Assembly (NCBI RefSeq): GCF_009834535.1
Contig: NC_045697.1
Coordinates: 84,322,001 to 84,386,000 of the forward strand
Direction of reading: 5' to 3'
Length of the DNA: 64,000 bases
Source of the DNA: Camelus ferus
Taxonomy: Eukaryota
Shown one piece after another: positions 1 through 15,038 of this stretch (position 1 is its first letter; each line of letters begins with the position of its first letter). The notes beneath the pieces are model-generated. The model did not search any database. It saw only the letters and a program-made list of their open reading frames with translations, and was not told the DNA's origin. The position numbers and the translations under genes were made by a program.

Positions 1-974
1 GCTGAGAAATCTTTGTGATTACAGGTATTTTTTAAATTCTTTGTAATTTGATAACCTTTATTCTGTAATTATTTTGAATAATCTGAAATTTACTATAGAT
101 ACATTTTTACCCTAATTAACTTTAAAGTACTCTAAAAATCCAATGAAACAGACTCTTTTAGATGCAGTTACTTTTGGGTGTACAATAGTGGATATCTGGT
201 ATGTGTTTCTGTGTGTCTGTTCTATTTGTTTTTACTTCTCAGAAGAGTGGCTAAAACCATAATGTGGATCCTTGTCCAGAGGGAGAGAGGCCTGCATTCC
301 AGGGAAATCCCGTAAATGTGACAGCCTGACTCCCCTGACCCCCACACATGCAGCAAAGATCTCCATCGCTACGTGGGAAACGAATGTTCGCCCCAAAGCA
401 GCAAAGTCTGTCCTCGTTTTTAGAAAGACAGTTTAATTATGCAAATACATATATATTACTAATACCACTCTGATGCATACTTTAATTTCTGAATCATTAA
501 CTTCATTAATTAAAGTTCTGAATTAATACTCCTCCTCTGCCAAAATCCAATAAAAGAAACAAGATTTACTTGTCTGGCACCCGGCTCCTTTTCCTGCCCA
601 CATAGGCTTGGATGACAGTATAAAGGAATTGTGAAATGGTCAGAAATTGGGGGAGTGAAGGAAAGGAGGAAAAGCAAATGGCCTATATAATCTTTGGATT
701 GGCCAACCAACTTGGAATGACCTTGAGATGGTTATTTGCTTTGCACATAGCTTCAGAGACAGAGCAGTGGATAAACATCAGAAATAACTCTATTCTGTAA
801 TTTCCAGTGTTAAGTAAGGCGAAGGAGTAGACTTTTCTGGCCATAGTCTGATAAACAGCTTTGCCAGGACATTTGTCCTTATAACTTAAGAATATCCCAG
901 TGCAGATTTTTAAAGTTGGAAACAATGCAAACACATCCAGGACTTATTTATCTCAAGATATTTCTTAAAACTTA

Positions 975-1190
<216 letters not shown>

Positions 1191-2463
1191 TTATATAAAG
1201 TAAATACCATGAAATAACATTTGCTCTCTATGCTCCCACCCCACGGCCTTATCATATAAGAAAAAACAGCTTTATAAGAATTCATCAGCCTAAGTACATG
1301 TGTTATCCCGTCTCTTCTACTCCTTAGGCCTTAGTCCAGGCCTAAAATCTAAGAACTATGTACCTCCATCCTTTGGGCAGGTTAACTGCTATTATCTGAC
1401 AGCATGTGAAACTTCGAAAACTCAAAAAGTGTATTATAGTAGTTGTGAAGAACAGAGTGATGAAATGTTTAAAATATTGATTTTTTAAAAGAGTAATTTC
1501 TCTATGGCTTTTGTAATACATCCAATAAGACTTTTGGTGCATTTTTGTATAATTTTCACTTACTATAGAAAACTTTGTATTCCTTAGGAACATGCCAATA
1601 GACAGGTAGAGGGCATGAGCCAATGGTGTGCCTTCGGGTGCAAGGGTTGAAGCATCTATGAGGAGTATTTAAAAGGCAGCTAATCCATGTGCAAATTATC
1701 TAAAGTGTTTGCTATGTAACCATTTTTTATTTCTTACCTGTAATTTAAATTACAGTGGCTCTCTAATCTTGAACTAAGTAAAGCACACCTCGAGTACTCA
1801 GAATATACTAAAAAACGACATCCGTAAATTGATTCAGATGTACTTCCTAAAGCTCAGGGCTGAGAAAAAAGCCCGGAGGCTTAGAAATGGGATCTGGAGG
1901 CAAAGGATTTGTTCTGAAGAAAGGAAACTGCTTCAGTGTGCTGCGCTGGGGCCAAAACACTGGTTAGCACGGATTACTAGACACTGAAATTGTGGCACGT
2001 GTCTAATTAATGAATCTGTGATTATACCAGAAACATTATTTTAAAATGTGAAATCACTTTAGGTTCTGCGCGAAACAGAAGACTATTCAAAAATACCTTC
2101 CAATACTTTTATTTTTAAGATAAAACTGTTTCAAGTGGAAAAGTGGAAATGTCTTTTGGTATTACATTTTTATTTTCCAAAAGCACAGACTGTAAACTCT
2201 TGTGTACTGGTGCTTAAAAGACAGAATATATAGATGGGTCTTATAATGTGAGGCCAGTCATATATATATACCATGATTCCTTATATGTAAAATAATAACA
2301 TATTACATAACAGGTTATCTAATAACAGAGGTAGCTATGATAGGCATACTGTTAAATATCCTTTTTGAAAAATTTAGCATATTGTCTTTCTTTAAAACTA
2401 AATAGGATATTAAAATGAAAGTTTGAGCCAAAGCACAAAGAGAACAAAAATTCCAAGGAAGGT

Positions 2464-2600
2464 ACAGATGTTTCTGCTATAACTCGACATACACATTCTT
2501 GAAAAGTCTCAGTTCGGAAAAAGTACACACTAAAAATAACATGCTTTATGGGAAAACCAGTGTTGGGGGAGACTACTCAAAACCCATGCAACTCGATAGC
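2464..2600. mobile_element. Possible TcMar-Tigger DNA transposon fragment
   Basis: Begins ta|cagatgtttctgctataac, resembling a Tigger terminal repeat after a TA site; family uncertain. Confidence 0.35.
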
Positions 2601-2899
2601 CGGAGCACAGACCAAATCAAGGACTGGTACGTGTGGAGGTAACTTGAACAGGCCAGGCTGGCAAGTCTGGGGGCTGCCTCTGAGGATGTTAAGAAGCACA
2701 GAAAAACTGAGTGGAAACACTGGTTTGTGGAGGCCCGGAGACAACGCAGATGGACTTAGGACACTGAGACCGTGGGGCTGCTATTATGGTGGACTCTGCA
2801 GGAAGAGACGGGACTAAAGCAGTCCAAGGGAGCACGCCTCAGGGGCAAGTGCCCATTTTCGTGTTCTTAAAACAGAACGGAGAGGGCTGCACGTGCAGG

Positions 2900-3298
2900 A
2901 GCCAGGCAGAGGGCTTTTTCCTTCGTCGCTGAAGGTCAAAATTCAACTCCCATAATTCTGGGGTGAGGAAGGGCTCAGAAGAAACATAGGCAGGGACAAA
3001 AGAAGCCAACCAGGGCGATGAGAGAAAGTTAAATGTTAAATCAAGTCCAGAATCAGGACTATTACACAGGACTTGACATTTTCATTTCTAAATTGAGAAC
3101 TGTGTGCTATATTTTGGGACCTAAAGTAACTAGATGATTTTTACTTATAAAAGAGTGACCAGAAAGGTCAAGGGCCTCCTGAGTTTTCTTCTAGGACTCA
3201 GGAAGAACTAGCCCCACTGGGCAAGTGTAAAGAAATGGAGATAAAATTGCTTTAATTCTATACCATGCACTGTGCTTGTTCAATGTAGGAGTTGCAAC
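2900..3298 (+). mobile_element. Ancient LTR fragment, MamGypLTR-like
   Basis: Resembles recalled consensus (ggaagaactagccccactg ... ataaaattgcttt ... cttgttcaa); boundaries approximate. Confidence 0.4.
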
Positions 3299-3960
3299 TT
3301 TCAGATTTTTCTTATTATAAAAGTAATACATGCAGACAATGGATAATGTGAATAATGAACAAATCAAAATCAGAAAACAAACAAGTATTAATAATTTAAC
3401 TAAACAAACCAGCCATTGTGAATATTTTGGGGTATATCATTTTAATCTTATTTTCATTAACATAAGTAGGTCTAGCATAGTATATCATATGCTTTCTTAC
3501 ATTGATAAATATTCATGTAGCTAAACTGCTGAATAGCTTTATTCCCTCATTAAAATGTTTATTAGTGGTCAGAAGTTTCAATAAAAAGAGTTGAAAAGAT
3601 ACTGCCTTGTGAAAGCAAACCTTTGAGAGCAGTATAAACCATTTCATTTGACAAAAACAAACAAACAAACAATTAACTGAAAGCCATAAAATGCCAGTTT
3701 TGTTTGTTTCTAATTTGGAATAACCAAATAGAGGTGAGTAACCAATTTTCCCTTATCAGGCAACGTTTATAGACAGTTTTGGTTTCTAGAGGAGTGAGGC
3801 TGTGAAGATCTCAGATGTTTTGGCTTTGCCTTTCTTACCCAAAAAGGAATAAAGCATGCTCAAGAATTTATGATGCTGGGAATAAATCCAAAACTTAAAA
3901 ATAAAACTGAATTTATAAAGCTCTCTTTTAAAATTCCACAAGCAGAAATGAGGTACTTAC

Positions 3961-4048
3961 AGGACTATTAAGTATCATCAGGCACTGGTCAAAATGATGG
4001 TGCTCCATGATTGAATGGCAGTAGAGCTGAGCCAGTGGGTGTTCACTT
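3961..4048 (-). CDS. PDE5A: PDE5A coding exon 15 (88 nt): (R)[29 protein letters not shown]
   Basis: Manual translation; acceptor ttttcag|A, donor CCT|gtaagt. Confidence 0.97.
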
Positions 4049-5329
4049 CTGAAAAGTAGTTTGTTGAGTAAAGAAAAAAAGGTAAAAAAAAAAAAAAAAA
4101 AGATCAATTTCCCCAGGACATCAGTTTATCAATTTCTTCTTTTTGCTGGTTAAGTGAAAAGGAGGATACTTCACAAAACTAATCCAGCTAACAATTTTCT
4201 CTCCTTCTGTGAAGAAGAGTGAGGTGATCTCTGGGAAACACATACAGAGAGGCAAGCGGTTCTCAAATACCAATGTAACTATTGCCAGTTCAAAGCATGA
4301 ACAATTTCATTGGTTTTAATACTCATTAAACCAGTAGAAGGAATAAGGACAAAGGACTACTTTACAAATTAAAAACAAATCTCTGAAATTGCTGTACCAA
4401 TAATACTTTTCAATTTCAAAACTGCAGTTAATTTAAAATCTGAAACAAATTTCTATGCAAGCCTTCCCTCTGAAATAAGGCTGAAGGTCAGCGCACTTAT
4501 GTCTGTGTGTCTGTAACGAAGAACAGAGTTTACTGAGATGGAATTAGCTGAGGTGTCAGTGAAGAGAGAGACAAGGAAAAGGGGGCTGGTTGGCACACAA
4601 CGCCCTCTGAAGGAAGGAAAAAGACAGCTGAGTCAGAAAAGGTTCCCCGTGTGGGATCCAGGTTATTTCCATGCAGGACATCCTGGTAGCTCTCTAAATG
4701 GAACAGGGGGAAAACAGTCGAGACCTTTTGGCTGAGTGAAGCCAGAGGGAGGAATCTTACAGTCAGTTCACGGCATGTAATAGACATTCACAAATCAAGT
4801 TCTAAACGACATGTAGTGTCCTCCACCTCGTATTTCCTATGACCCTTCTTCACATGTGAAGAGAAAGCACAGTTTCTTCTTCAAAAGAAACAGAAAAGGT
4901 TATAGTTCCTGAAAGTCTGTTTCTTGGATTCATGGGACAGGGGTCTATGAACTGTAAAGCACAATACAACCATTGGGTCACACAGCTGGTCTGTTATTTC
5001 TTTCTGCTACCACATGAACCATTATTTTACTCTGCACTTCATTTGCTGAAGACAGAGAAGCTACCCAAGACTGAAGTAACACAGCAAAGAAATAAGTATA
5101 GCGAGAGAAACTTGAGGGAAAACAAAAACAGGGAAATGAAAACAAAGGTAAGAGAACAGGTAATCTCATCTACTGCTGTTTAGTCCACCACTGACATTGC
5201 TGGTCCCCGAAACTGCCATGTTTTGCTGCTGTTGTAACTTTTCCCAAATTAACTCCTGCCTGCGTGTCATCTCCGCTGTTTCCATATTTAGTGAGTTGTT
5301 CCGTGGGTCAGATGCTGTGCTTATCACTG

Positions 5330-6190
5330 GACAATGGGAAGACAATGGATGGAGTAAAATGAGCAGATTTGTAAGAAAAGATAAATTTGCTGGAATCAAG
5401 ACTGTAGATGCATGGAGACAGCTGGGATTCAGTTAGGAGACTAGTGGGAAACTGTTCTAGTAACCGAGGTAAGAGCCTGGAATAGAGTGGTAGAATCCTA
5501 AAGAAAGAGAAGCAGAGTTATCTGAGAGCCATTTAGGAGGTAGATTTTTTTGTAATTTGATTCAAATATTTATTGAGCAGCCACGGGGATACAAAGGTGA
5601 TTAAAACATGGTCAAAGAGGTGAGGCAAATGCACACGTGCTATAGAGGAGAGCATAAGGTTCAGTGAATCACAGCAGTCAGAAGACTTTGCTTTAGGAGA
5701 TCAAGAGATTGCCTGCAGCCTGGAAGGAGGTGTGGGTGGGAGGCACATCAGGAAAGGGGACTGAGATAAAATAGAAGACTTCAGTCTGGACTATTGACGG
5801 TACTCAGTCTGGACTGTATTTGTCTCTCCTTTCCCTCTCTCCCCATCTCCAGGCTTAATTTACCAGTCATGCCCAGATGTGTTCACTGCACTTTTTCTCT
5901 GTAGGAGTTGGCAGTGAATCCTGAGGTTGGGAGCTAGTGGGGAGGAGGGAGATGAAGGGGAAAGTCAGGAGATTAAGTTTCTGCCTTGTCATTTATTGAC
6001 AAAAATGGGGAGAAGATGATTAGGAATGGGGGATGAAGATGGCCGGTGGGGTGTGGGCTCTATTGATGTCAAGGTGCCTGAGGTATCCCTAAGAGGGTCT
6101 CAATGTCTGCACTCAGGTCTGGGCTGGAGAAATGGATTTGGATCACATCAGCATGCTTGGTAATCCAAGCCATGGGAGTAGATGAGGGTG
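5330..6190 (-). mobile_element. L2 LINE fragments
   Basis: Purine-rich degenerate L2 motifs (attcaaatatttattgagc; gggctggagaaatggatttggatcacatcagcat; aagccatgggagtagatgag). Confidence 0.6.
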
Positions 6191-6559
6191 CAGGAGATGG
6201 CCTGGAATAACAGAGGGCCTGGCGTCCACAGAATCCACGATCTCCCTAAAGTCAACTTCAACATAACAATTGCAGCTTTCCTCATTCCCTTCACTGAGAA
6301 AAGGAAGTGCTTCCAGAGTACCTTGTTATTTTCCTTTATATAAGGAATTCAAAGACACAGTACTAGCTTCGTAACAGTTTTATGCTGTCAGGTGTTAAGT
6401 GTTTTTAAGTCTATTACCCTGTTAGACTGTAAACTTCTACAGTCTGTTAGATTTGCTTTCCCTGATGAAAACAATTACTATTAACTGAGAGCCTGTATAT
6501 AACAGGTACTGTACTAAGTGGTTTATACTTAATTTTTACAATAATCCCACATAGAACAC

Positions 6560-7096
6560 TTCAGCTCACTGCATCAAAGCCCTCGGTCCCACCTCACAGT
6601 CCAGCCACTGGTGCGGTGGCTGGCTTCACGCGTGCTGTAGCAGACTGCACGAGGGGCCCCTCACAAGGTTACCCTGCCCTGGCCCTCAGGGAACACCTCT
6701 CACTTCTGCCCTCCCAGCTGGTGCCCACAGGAGCTCTCTCTACACTCATGCTAGTCCAGCCTGCAGTGGGAAGAGTTAAGGCCTATGGGGTCACCTTTGA
6801 CTGGTGTGGGTTTGGAAGCCTGTGGATAGCTGCCCCTCCCTGTTCTGTCTCTGTCGGTTGGGGAACAGTTCTGGGTCTCATTTCATAAGATGTCTCAGAA
6901 GCACCTGGCGGGATTGAACACCAGCTGCCTGGATGGGTGACAGCTGGATACCCCATCCTTTTCCTGCTTTCCCTGCTCTGCTCCCCACTCTCAGGCCTCC
7001 CTTTCTGCTCCCTGGGACCGTGTGCACAAGTAAGCTAGATGCCTGCATGCCAGCTTTGGTCTCAGGCTGTGCCTCCAGAGTGACTCAGGCTGAGAC
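6560..7096 (+). mobile_element. ERVL solo LTR (LTR16-like) inserted into a MIR
   Basis: gggattgaacaccagctgcc ... ctccctgggacc ... gtctcaggctgtgc ... ctgagac resembles LTR16; MIR-like sequence on both sides (about 6480-6555 and 7120-7205). Confidence 0.65.
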
Positions 7097-8244
7097 CTCT
7101 CTAAAACTGGCATTTTAGCATTTGTTCTTTAGATGACTAGAAGTTCAGAGAGATTATCTCACTTGTTCACGGCCAATATAAATGGCAGAGCCGGGATTCA
7201 AGTACATCCTCTTGAACATACACTGGCTTGTGACCCATGGCACTCTGCACACAGTATCCACTCACTGACCTAGTTAGAAGCCGGGCTAGAAATGCGATTA
7301 GGCGGATGTAACACAAACACATTTAAAACTTCAAATGCACGTTACATTTTTAGAGAATGCAGAAAGGACTGTTTCACATTAGAGAAAATTCTTGGCTTGT
7401 GAGATAGATGAATGCAAATTATGTGTTTTCCTTTCCTTACATTCTAAAAATATGGACTTACGAATCAATGAAAGGGTGACAGATGCCCCAAATTTCCTGT
7501 TTACAAAGATGTTCATGGAAACCAGTGTATTCTATATCCTGTTATTTTTTTACTCTTTCAAATACAAGGCTAAGTTGCCTCTTTATTTGAGGTCATGTCA
7601 GAAGGACCCATTAAACCACTCCAGCTGCACTTTTATTCCCACGCTGATGTCACTAAGCATTAACGGACTTGCATGCCCTCCCTGCATCTCCTCTTGTCCT
7701 GCAGTTGTTGGTTCATCTCTGAGAGCAGCACCAGGATGCTGGTGCAGAAATCAGATCAATGTTCCAGAAACATGGAGCTTTAGAAGTCAACAGAAAATGA
7801 AAGTTCTGTGAGAAAACCAAGTCCTGCCACCCCAGCACGGTATCCCTTTCCACTGAATCGAACAACTGTCCTTGAAATTTGGCTTCTCATCCATACATGT
7901 TGCTCTGGGTTCAAATCTCTTAACTATTCCTTGTAGCCCTTGTCAACCCATTGGATTCTTAACTTGACAATTTCTCTCCAAATCATCACTACTGTCTTCC
8001 ATCAGTCTGTGATCACATTCATAGATACTCAAGTGGACGGTTCTTTAACCTTGTGACTCCAGTTGTTTGACCTCCTTGACTCTGGCTGATTGTTTTTTTC
8101 CCACTCCCTCTCTGTTTCACAGCTCTGAGGTGCCGCTAGGCATAGTCTCTTTGCTACTCCTCAATCCACCCATGGGACCGAGCAAGATCTTGAACTTTTA
8201 TCTGTCCTTAATAGTGTCCTCCTGTGACAGAAGCTAAAACCTGT

Positions 8245-8410
8245 AGAGCATGTAATCTGTGCCAGGTACTGCTCCAAGCACTTTGCACCTATTTATACTT
8301 CTTAATCCTTGTAAGAAGCCCTGTGAGACCAGTGCTGTCATTATTCTACTATACAGAGAAGGCAACAAAGGGAGGGAGGTGAAATGACTTGCCCAAGGTC
8401 ACATGGTGAG
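8245..8410 (-). mobile_element. MIR SINE
   Basis: gtgccaggtactgctccaagcactt ... tgacttgcccaaggtcaca MIR core. Confidence 0.75.
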
Positions 8411-11400
8411 AGGAGGAGGCAGGCACTGGACTAGCGTTGGCTCCATAACCATCACAGCTCCGTGTGCTGGTCTAAGGACTCACTGAGCTCATATATGTGT
8501 ATAGTCTTTCTCTTCATTCTGCAAATAGTATAAAAGTCCACAAGGAATGGGCTGTTGCTTGTGTGTCTCCAGTGCTTTGGGGAGACAGGACTGAGCCTCC
8601 TGGAATGTGAGAGGAATTTCTCAAAAAGCTAGCAGTAACTCCTGTGCCAAGTTCAATGGCCCAATTCAAATCGTGGGCATATCCTCAGATGTGTGGTAGG
8701 GCTTGGGCTCCAGCTCTCGTGGAGGAATAGGGGTGGAAATTGTTTTGAGATGACAACAGCAAAAGAAGACCCAGCACTATATATATATATCTCACACATA
8801 AAGTGCTAGAAGGAATTCCAAAATGATAAGGGCTGTGCTAAGTGTTTGGTTCTATTATTATTATTACTATTAGTATTAGCTATGGACATTAGGACTAACT
8901 GAACTTGCACTTTACTCATGCTCAGATCTCTGGTCTCGCAAGCCCTCCCACCTTATCAGGGATGACCTCATTCCTGGCTAAAACAGACTCTACCCAGTTT
9001 GCAGTTTACAAATTGTGACTCCTGTGCCGTCTCCACTGCCCCTGGAAGTCTCTCAGAGCCGCTGACCCTGTATTACCACCGCGCCCATTCACAACTCCAG
9101 CTCACTCCTTTTCCTCTATTACAGAGCAGAGAGGACCATGGTGCAGAACGAGCTCTTTCAGGACAAAAATACATGATCTGATTGTGGTTACCAGGAAATT
9201 CTTTTATTCTGGTTTTGCTGAATCTCTAATCTATTTTGGGAAAAACAAACAAACAAACCATATCCATTTGGTCATTTTACCTCTTCCAGCCACCATCCTC
9301 TTCATTATTTTCTCCTCACTGCCAAAACTCCTCTCCCCTCCACCTTCCCTCCCAAAGGACACACACATGGATACACCCTTCCCAGGCCTTTCATCGTTAC
9401 CAATGGCACCATCACTATTCCAGTTTCTTGGACTGGGAGTCATGACTTTCCTGCTTCCTTCATACATGTAACTAGCCATTCAATATTAAATTTAAAAACT
9501 CTCTCCTTCGGTCTCTTCCTCCCTCTGGCCAATAAGTGATGTTCACATGCACCTAGCTTGCTGTAACAGCTTTCTAGCTGAACTCTGTGGTTCTATTTAT
9601 CATCCATGTACCCTGTACCTTCCTTTCATCCTTTTCTTCCTACACAATGTCTTTATCACCCACTGCAGTGGCTCCCTGTCCTTTCACTATACCAAGTGTA
9701 AAATGCACTGCTTAGTCTTAGAGCACCCCCACCCCCCGGAAGGGTCTTATAACTTCTGCTTGTTCATCCTCTTACTCTCCATTCCTAGTCAGTGGACCTT
9801 CTGACTAGTCAGGCTAACCATCATCACTGTCCTGTGAAAGCCTCATAGTGTTTCTGGTATATCTTCACGCTTTCTCCTCTCCAAATCCTACCCACTGCAA
9901 AGATCCAGTTCAAGCCTCACTTCTTCCATTAACAGTAAAGATGGATTACGCTGATCATGGCCAATCTCCTCTTCTATTGAACACTTACAGTCCATGTTAT
10001 TAAACAACATAGTATTTATTAGATCCTTCCTTGTGTTAGTCACCACTGTTTCATGAGACTACCAAAACTCCTTGATAACAGGAACTACATTTTATACTTT
10101 TATAGCTCTATTTCCACCTAGCACAGTGCCAGGCCCCAGTAACTGCATATTATCCATCTGCCAAAAATGTAGGATAATTTCACTATATTTATATTTAGAA
10201 AACACCAAGCCTAAATCTAACCAAATAAATGCATCTACAACAGTCGTCTCATATTGACTGCAAGCCTAATGCAGGACATTTCTCTGCATAAGCAGGTATC
10301 TGTACTTTGGCCATTTTGTTCTTATTACTGCCTATTTTTTAAAGAATAATTGAGTATCTGTCTGAAGTCACTCTCTCCTTCACCCGCCCATGTGGGAGAA
10401 GGAAGCACAGGCAGTGAACTGTTCCCCCAGACATCTCACTGGCGTACTTGTTACTTCTTGTAAGGGCAGTCTTCCTAAGCCAGGAAGGAAGCAAAGCCTC
10501 AGATAATGAAGCAAAACACTGTTTCCTAAACAAGGAATATCTCACTTCATATTAATTTTCTGAAAAAAAGTTCAAGAAGAATGAATGACAGAAGTTCCGT
10601 TTCTAACTCTGCTACCACAACAAGGGCTATTTCTCTTTTTGATATGTTACTTCTATTTCTGTGCCTTCTTTGTTTTGGTTTTCTTTATAGAGTGTCTGAA
10701 TATCTGATGAGGTCTGGACACGAACACCTTTTCAGAAGTTACATGGAAATGTTTCTGGTACTCTTAATCTCCCAAGAGCCCCCTGGTTAAGAAAACCCCA
10801 CTTGAGGTGTCAGTCATTTATCACTAAGGAAAGAAAAAAGAAACATCCCTGGAAAATTCTCGGTTTCCTCTACTCAAACCACAGGGATGTAAGGAAAAAG
10901 AAACCCTTTAATTTTTTTTTTAAGTTATTATTCCTTGGTGGAGTCTGTTCTGTGGTGTGTGCGAAAGCAAGATTCCGCAGTCTGACTTTTTCCCAGGGCT
11001 TTTTTTTCTTTGAAGAGAAGATGACGTGTCTCCAGATGTTTTCCCAGGTAATTATTTTTAAGTAAACAAAGAGGGAAATAGCTGAGTGTTCTTTTCACTC
11101 TAAATAAAGCAGGGCAATATGGTGTCTTAGAGCAATCCATACAGTAACAATCCACATCCTAGTAACACTATGCCCAGCTGAGGGAGGGAGAGGAGGCAGC
11201 TCTGCGGCTCTGCGGCTCTGATCTGCAGGCCACGCTTGGCCCTGTGCTGTAAATCTTTTCACGTCCTCGTTCCCTGTCCTAACGACTCCTGTGTTGATAG
11301 GAGGCTCAGGACCACTATCACATGACAGAGCACAGGGGGCAAAGGCCATGTCACTCGTCAGTTCTCCAAAACGTTAGATTTTAAAGAGGAAACGGCCAGG

Positions 11401-11859
11401 CTCTGACAGGCAGGCAAGAGCCTGCTATCTCTTCCCATCAAAGGTCAGCAGAGGACATGGTTGTTACATTGCTGTAATTCTTTTCACATGAAGTTTTCTG
11501 TTTACTGTATTTAGATAAAGGGAATGTGATTAGAGAGCTTTCTGAACTTCCCTCAAGAGATCAGACATCTCGACTTTCCTAGAGAGAGCTATGTACTAGT
11601 GGAATCACTTGCATACTGAAAAAAAAAGCTCAGCAGTTAGCAGTTTCGCCATTAAAATGCAGGCCTTTCAACTAACTTGCTGCAGGAAAATAAAAATGTC
11701 ACAGTGGCTCAAAGATCTGATGAAAAGTGGTATCACCTTTATTATCTCATTTGTCGCTGCAAATGGTACTTAAGCATGGTCCGCACAGGGGGCTGAAAAA
11801 CTTGTCTGAACTAGCATCTGTGGCTAAGACTTATTTAACACTTAAATATTTATCAGGCA

Positions 11860-12020
11860 TTCTAGCTGGTATGGATGTGTGTTATCTTCTAAAACGTACA
11901 TCAACCCGATGAGGTAGGTGTGCTATTATCTTGACTTCACAAATCAGGAAGTTGAGGTTTAGAGAGATGAGCGCCCCTGCCCACAGGCACACAAGAACTT
12001 ACCTGAATCCCAGTCTGACT
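11860..12020 (-). mobile_element. MIR SINE
   Basis: aacccgatgaggtaggtgtgctattatc ... ggaagttgaggtttagagag. Confidence 0.6.
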
Positions 12021-12478
12021 GCAAGCTCTCCAGCACTGGGCTCCACTTCCTTCACTAAGACCAAAAGCCTCTTTCTAGTCAGCACTTACTAAACAAGTAC
12101 CTAGGATCCAAGCTAAGCACCTTTCAAATATTATCTTTTATCCCAGGGTGAAATTCCACCCTTTCTGTACTAGTCATAATAGTTCTCCAATGAAGCTCTT
12201 AAGCTGGATGCACACAAACTAAAACAAACTCTTGGTAATTACCTAATAAAATAAGATTCTCAACATAAATATTTTTGAATTTCAGGCCAGAAATGTTACC
12301 AATACAATCCTGGACATGCATTATTTTTCCCATTTTCCTTAAATGAAACCAGAGTATGTTATGAACCCTGACCAACTGAAATTTTGAACCATCAAATTTT
12401 GCTGTGGGTTTTACTTTTAAAAAGACAGCCCTACAATTTAAAAGAAACATTTTCTTCTTTTGCTGGGCAAATGCCTTA

Positions 12479-12631
<153 letters not shown>

Positions 12632-14159
12632 TTATACTACCTCTTTTCACCAATTGTGTTTTTTTTTCTCAGTACTTTATATATGTTTGTTTATAGTCAC
12701 AAAGGGCTCATGCTAGAATCCTGTTCTGCAGGGAATCAGCTGTACTTTGTCTTCAGAATAGAATTATTATTATCAACAGAAAAAGCTGAAATGCCTCAAA
12801 CAATAATCTGTCCACCTATACTAAATATTTTAAATTCTTAATTATATACATGTATGTGGAGTGACTCAAATAAACTTCATTAATTTTTTTATTTACTAAA
12901 ATGTAATTTTCTGCTCTTTGCAGTTTTGTTTTGTTTTTACTAATACAAATGCTTTCTAAGTTATCCTCTTTAATTTTATGACATTGACTGATGGTTGATC
13001 ATTTCAAATAAACTTTAATTGTTTCCTCTCTGACTTTTAGTTCTCTGCAGATTCTGCTGCCTTCACTCTCTACTATCAGTTGCTGTATCCTTAAGGAGCA
13101 TAGACAATGTGAATATTAGCAAAACAACAGAAAAAAGAGGATTAGAAATGAAAATTTGGCTTTAAAACATTGCACGATATATTCCACAGTCAAATATAGG
13201 TTATTTTTTAATACCTGCCATTTGAATTATCTATATTACTGTTCTTCATTAGTAAGAAAACACAAGTTGAAATTATTATCAGCTCTATTCTGCTGGAACT
13301 CTCAACACTCTATACAGTGTATCTTCAACATACACAAAAATCACCATTTTGTTATTCTTCACAAAAAGCAAGGATAGCCTTCAGTGGTCTGGTCCTTGTG
13401 AACTTCCCATACCCCAAAATAAGTTTACCCTATTTCTTATAAATGTTTGCTATGGCAGGAAAATACTACTATCGTGTTTCATAGGGCTTCTCAGACAAAA
13501 ATCACTTTTTTAAACTCTAGCCAGTCAAAATGTGCACCCTATGAAAGTAGAGACAAAGAATAACATTTTTAGAATTTACTAAATCAAAAGAGCATGAAAG
13601 CTCTGAATTAAAAAGTTATATTATGGATGCCTGGAACCACTTCCCTAGAATGACTAGTCGATTTCCACTGAAGTTAGAATCTAAGGACACAGATACGAAA
13701 AATTTGGCCTGGAAAGGAGTGAATTACTTGAACGTTTTCTGCACTGATCTTCCTTGTAGACAGTCTCTGGTCAATGTATATGAAACCAAAACCCTTTCCA
13801 TGAAACAGTACTTATAAAATTAACAGAGGGCTCCAGAGAAAAGGCAATAGAGAACACTAGACTCATCTATGGAGCCAGGTGCAGGGACTGAGTAGTTTTT
13901 GAGGAATTCTACTATGCAGCAGGTTGAATGGGAGCAGGAGAAATTTGATACCTTTTCTTATACGGTAGGGTTTTCCTTGAAGGAAGTATTTATTTGCCCA
14001 AAGACTATTAAGTTTAACATTGGAGTTACTGTAAAGATTTTTTTAAAGCCATATATATTATATATGAAAGAAAATTAATAATTAAGTAATTTGCCATACT
14101 AATCTTCATAATTCACAAAATGTAACTTATTTTGTAAGGGGCAATAAATATTATTCTCA

Positions 14160-14640
<481 letters not shown>

Positions 14641-15038
14641 CCACGCTAACTAAATTAGATGTAAAATGCAGGGGACCGTTAAGAAAGGTATTTTGTCATG
14701 AGGAAGGCACAGACTAGCTTTTTAAAAGATATCATGTCCGTGTGTCATGAATTAGGAGAGTCCAAATAGTCACCCGTGCATGGATTCACTTTCAGAGAGC
14801 CCTGCAAGCAGCCACTCTCCAGCTCTTCTCTGATCCCATTCTGTCAGTCTGCAAAGGCATATGTGCCAGGCTCTGGGGGTGGGTTGGGAGCAATGCACAC
14901 AGCATATGCCCAAGGACAAATTGGAACTCCAAGTCCTGACCCTTGTCCTTTTTAAACCATGCTTAAATTTTCAGGCAGAGTTACTGCTTGAGAACTAATT
15001 TAAAAAAATAACATATACAAATGCAAAATAAAGCCCTG

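Noticed and set aside
510..710. ORF ending QRRSINSEL as PDE5A exon 17
   Set aside because: It does not match the expected RRGEFFELIRK; exon 17 must lie before position 1.
5781..5815. 12-bp direct repeat tcagtctggact x2
   Set aside because: Short, two copies only, within decayed repeat-rich sequence; not an array.
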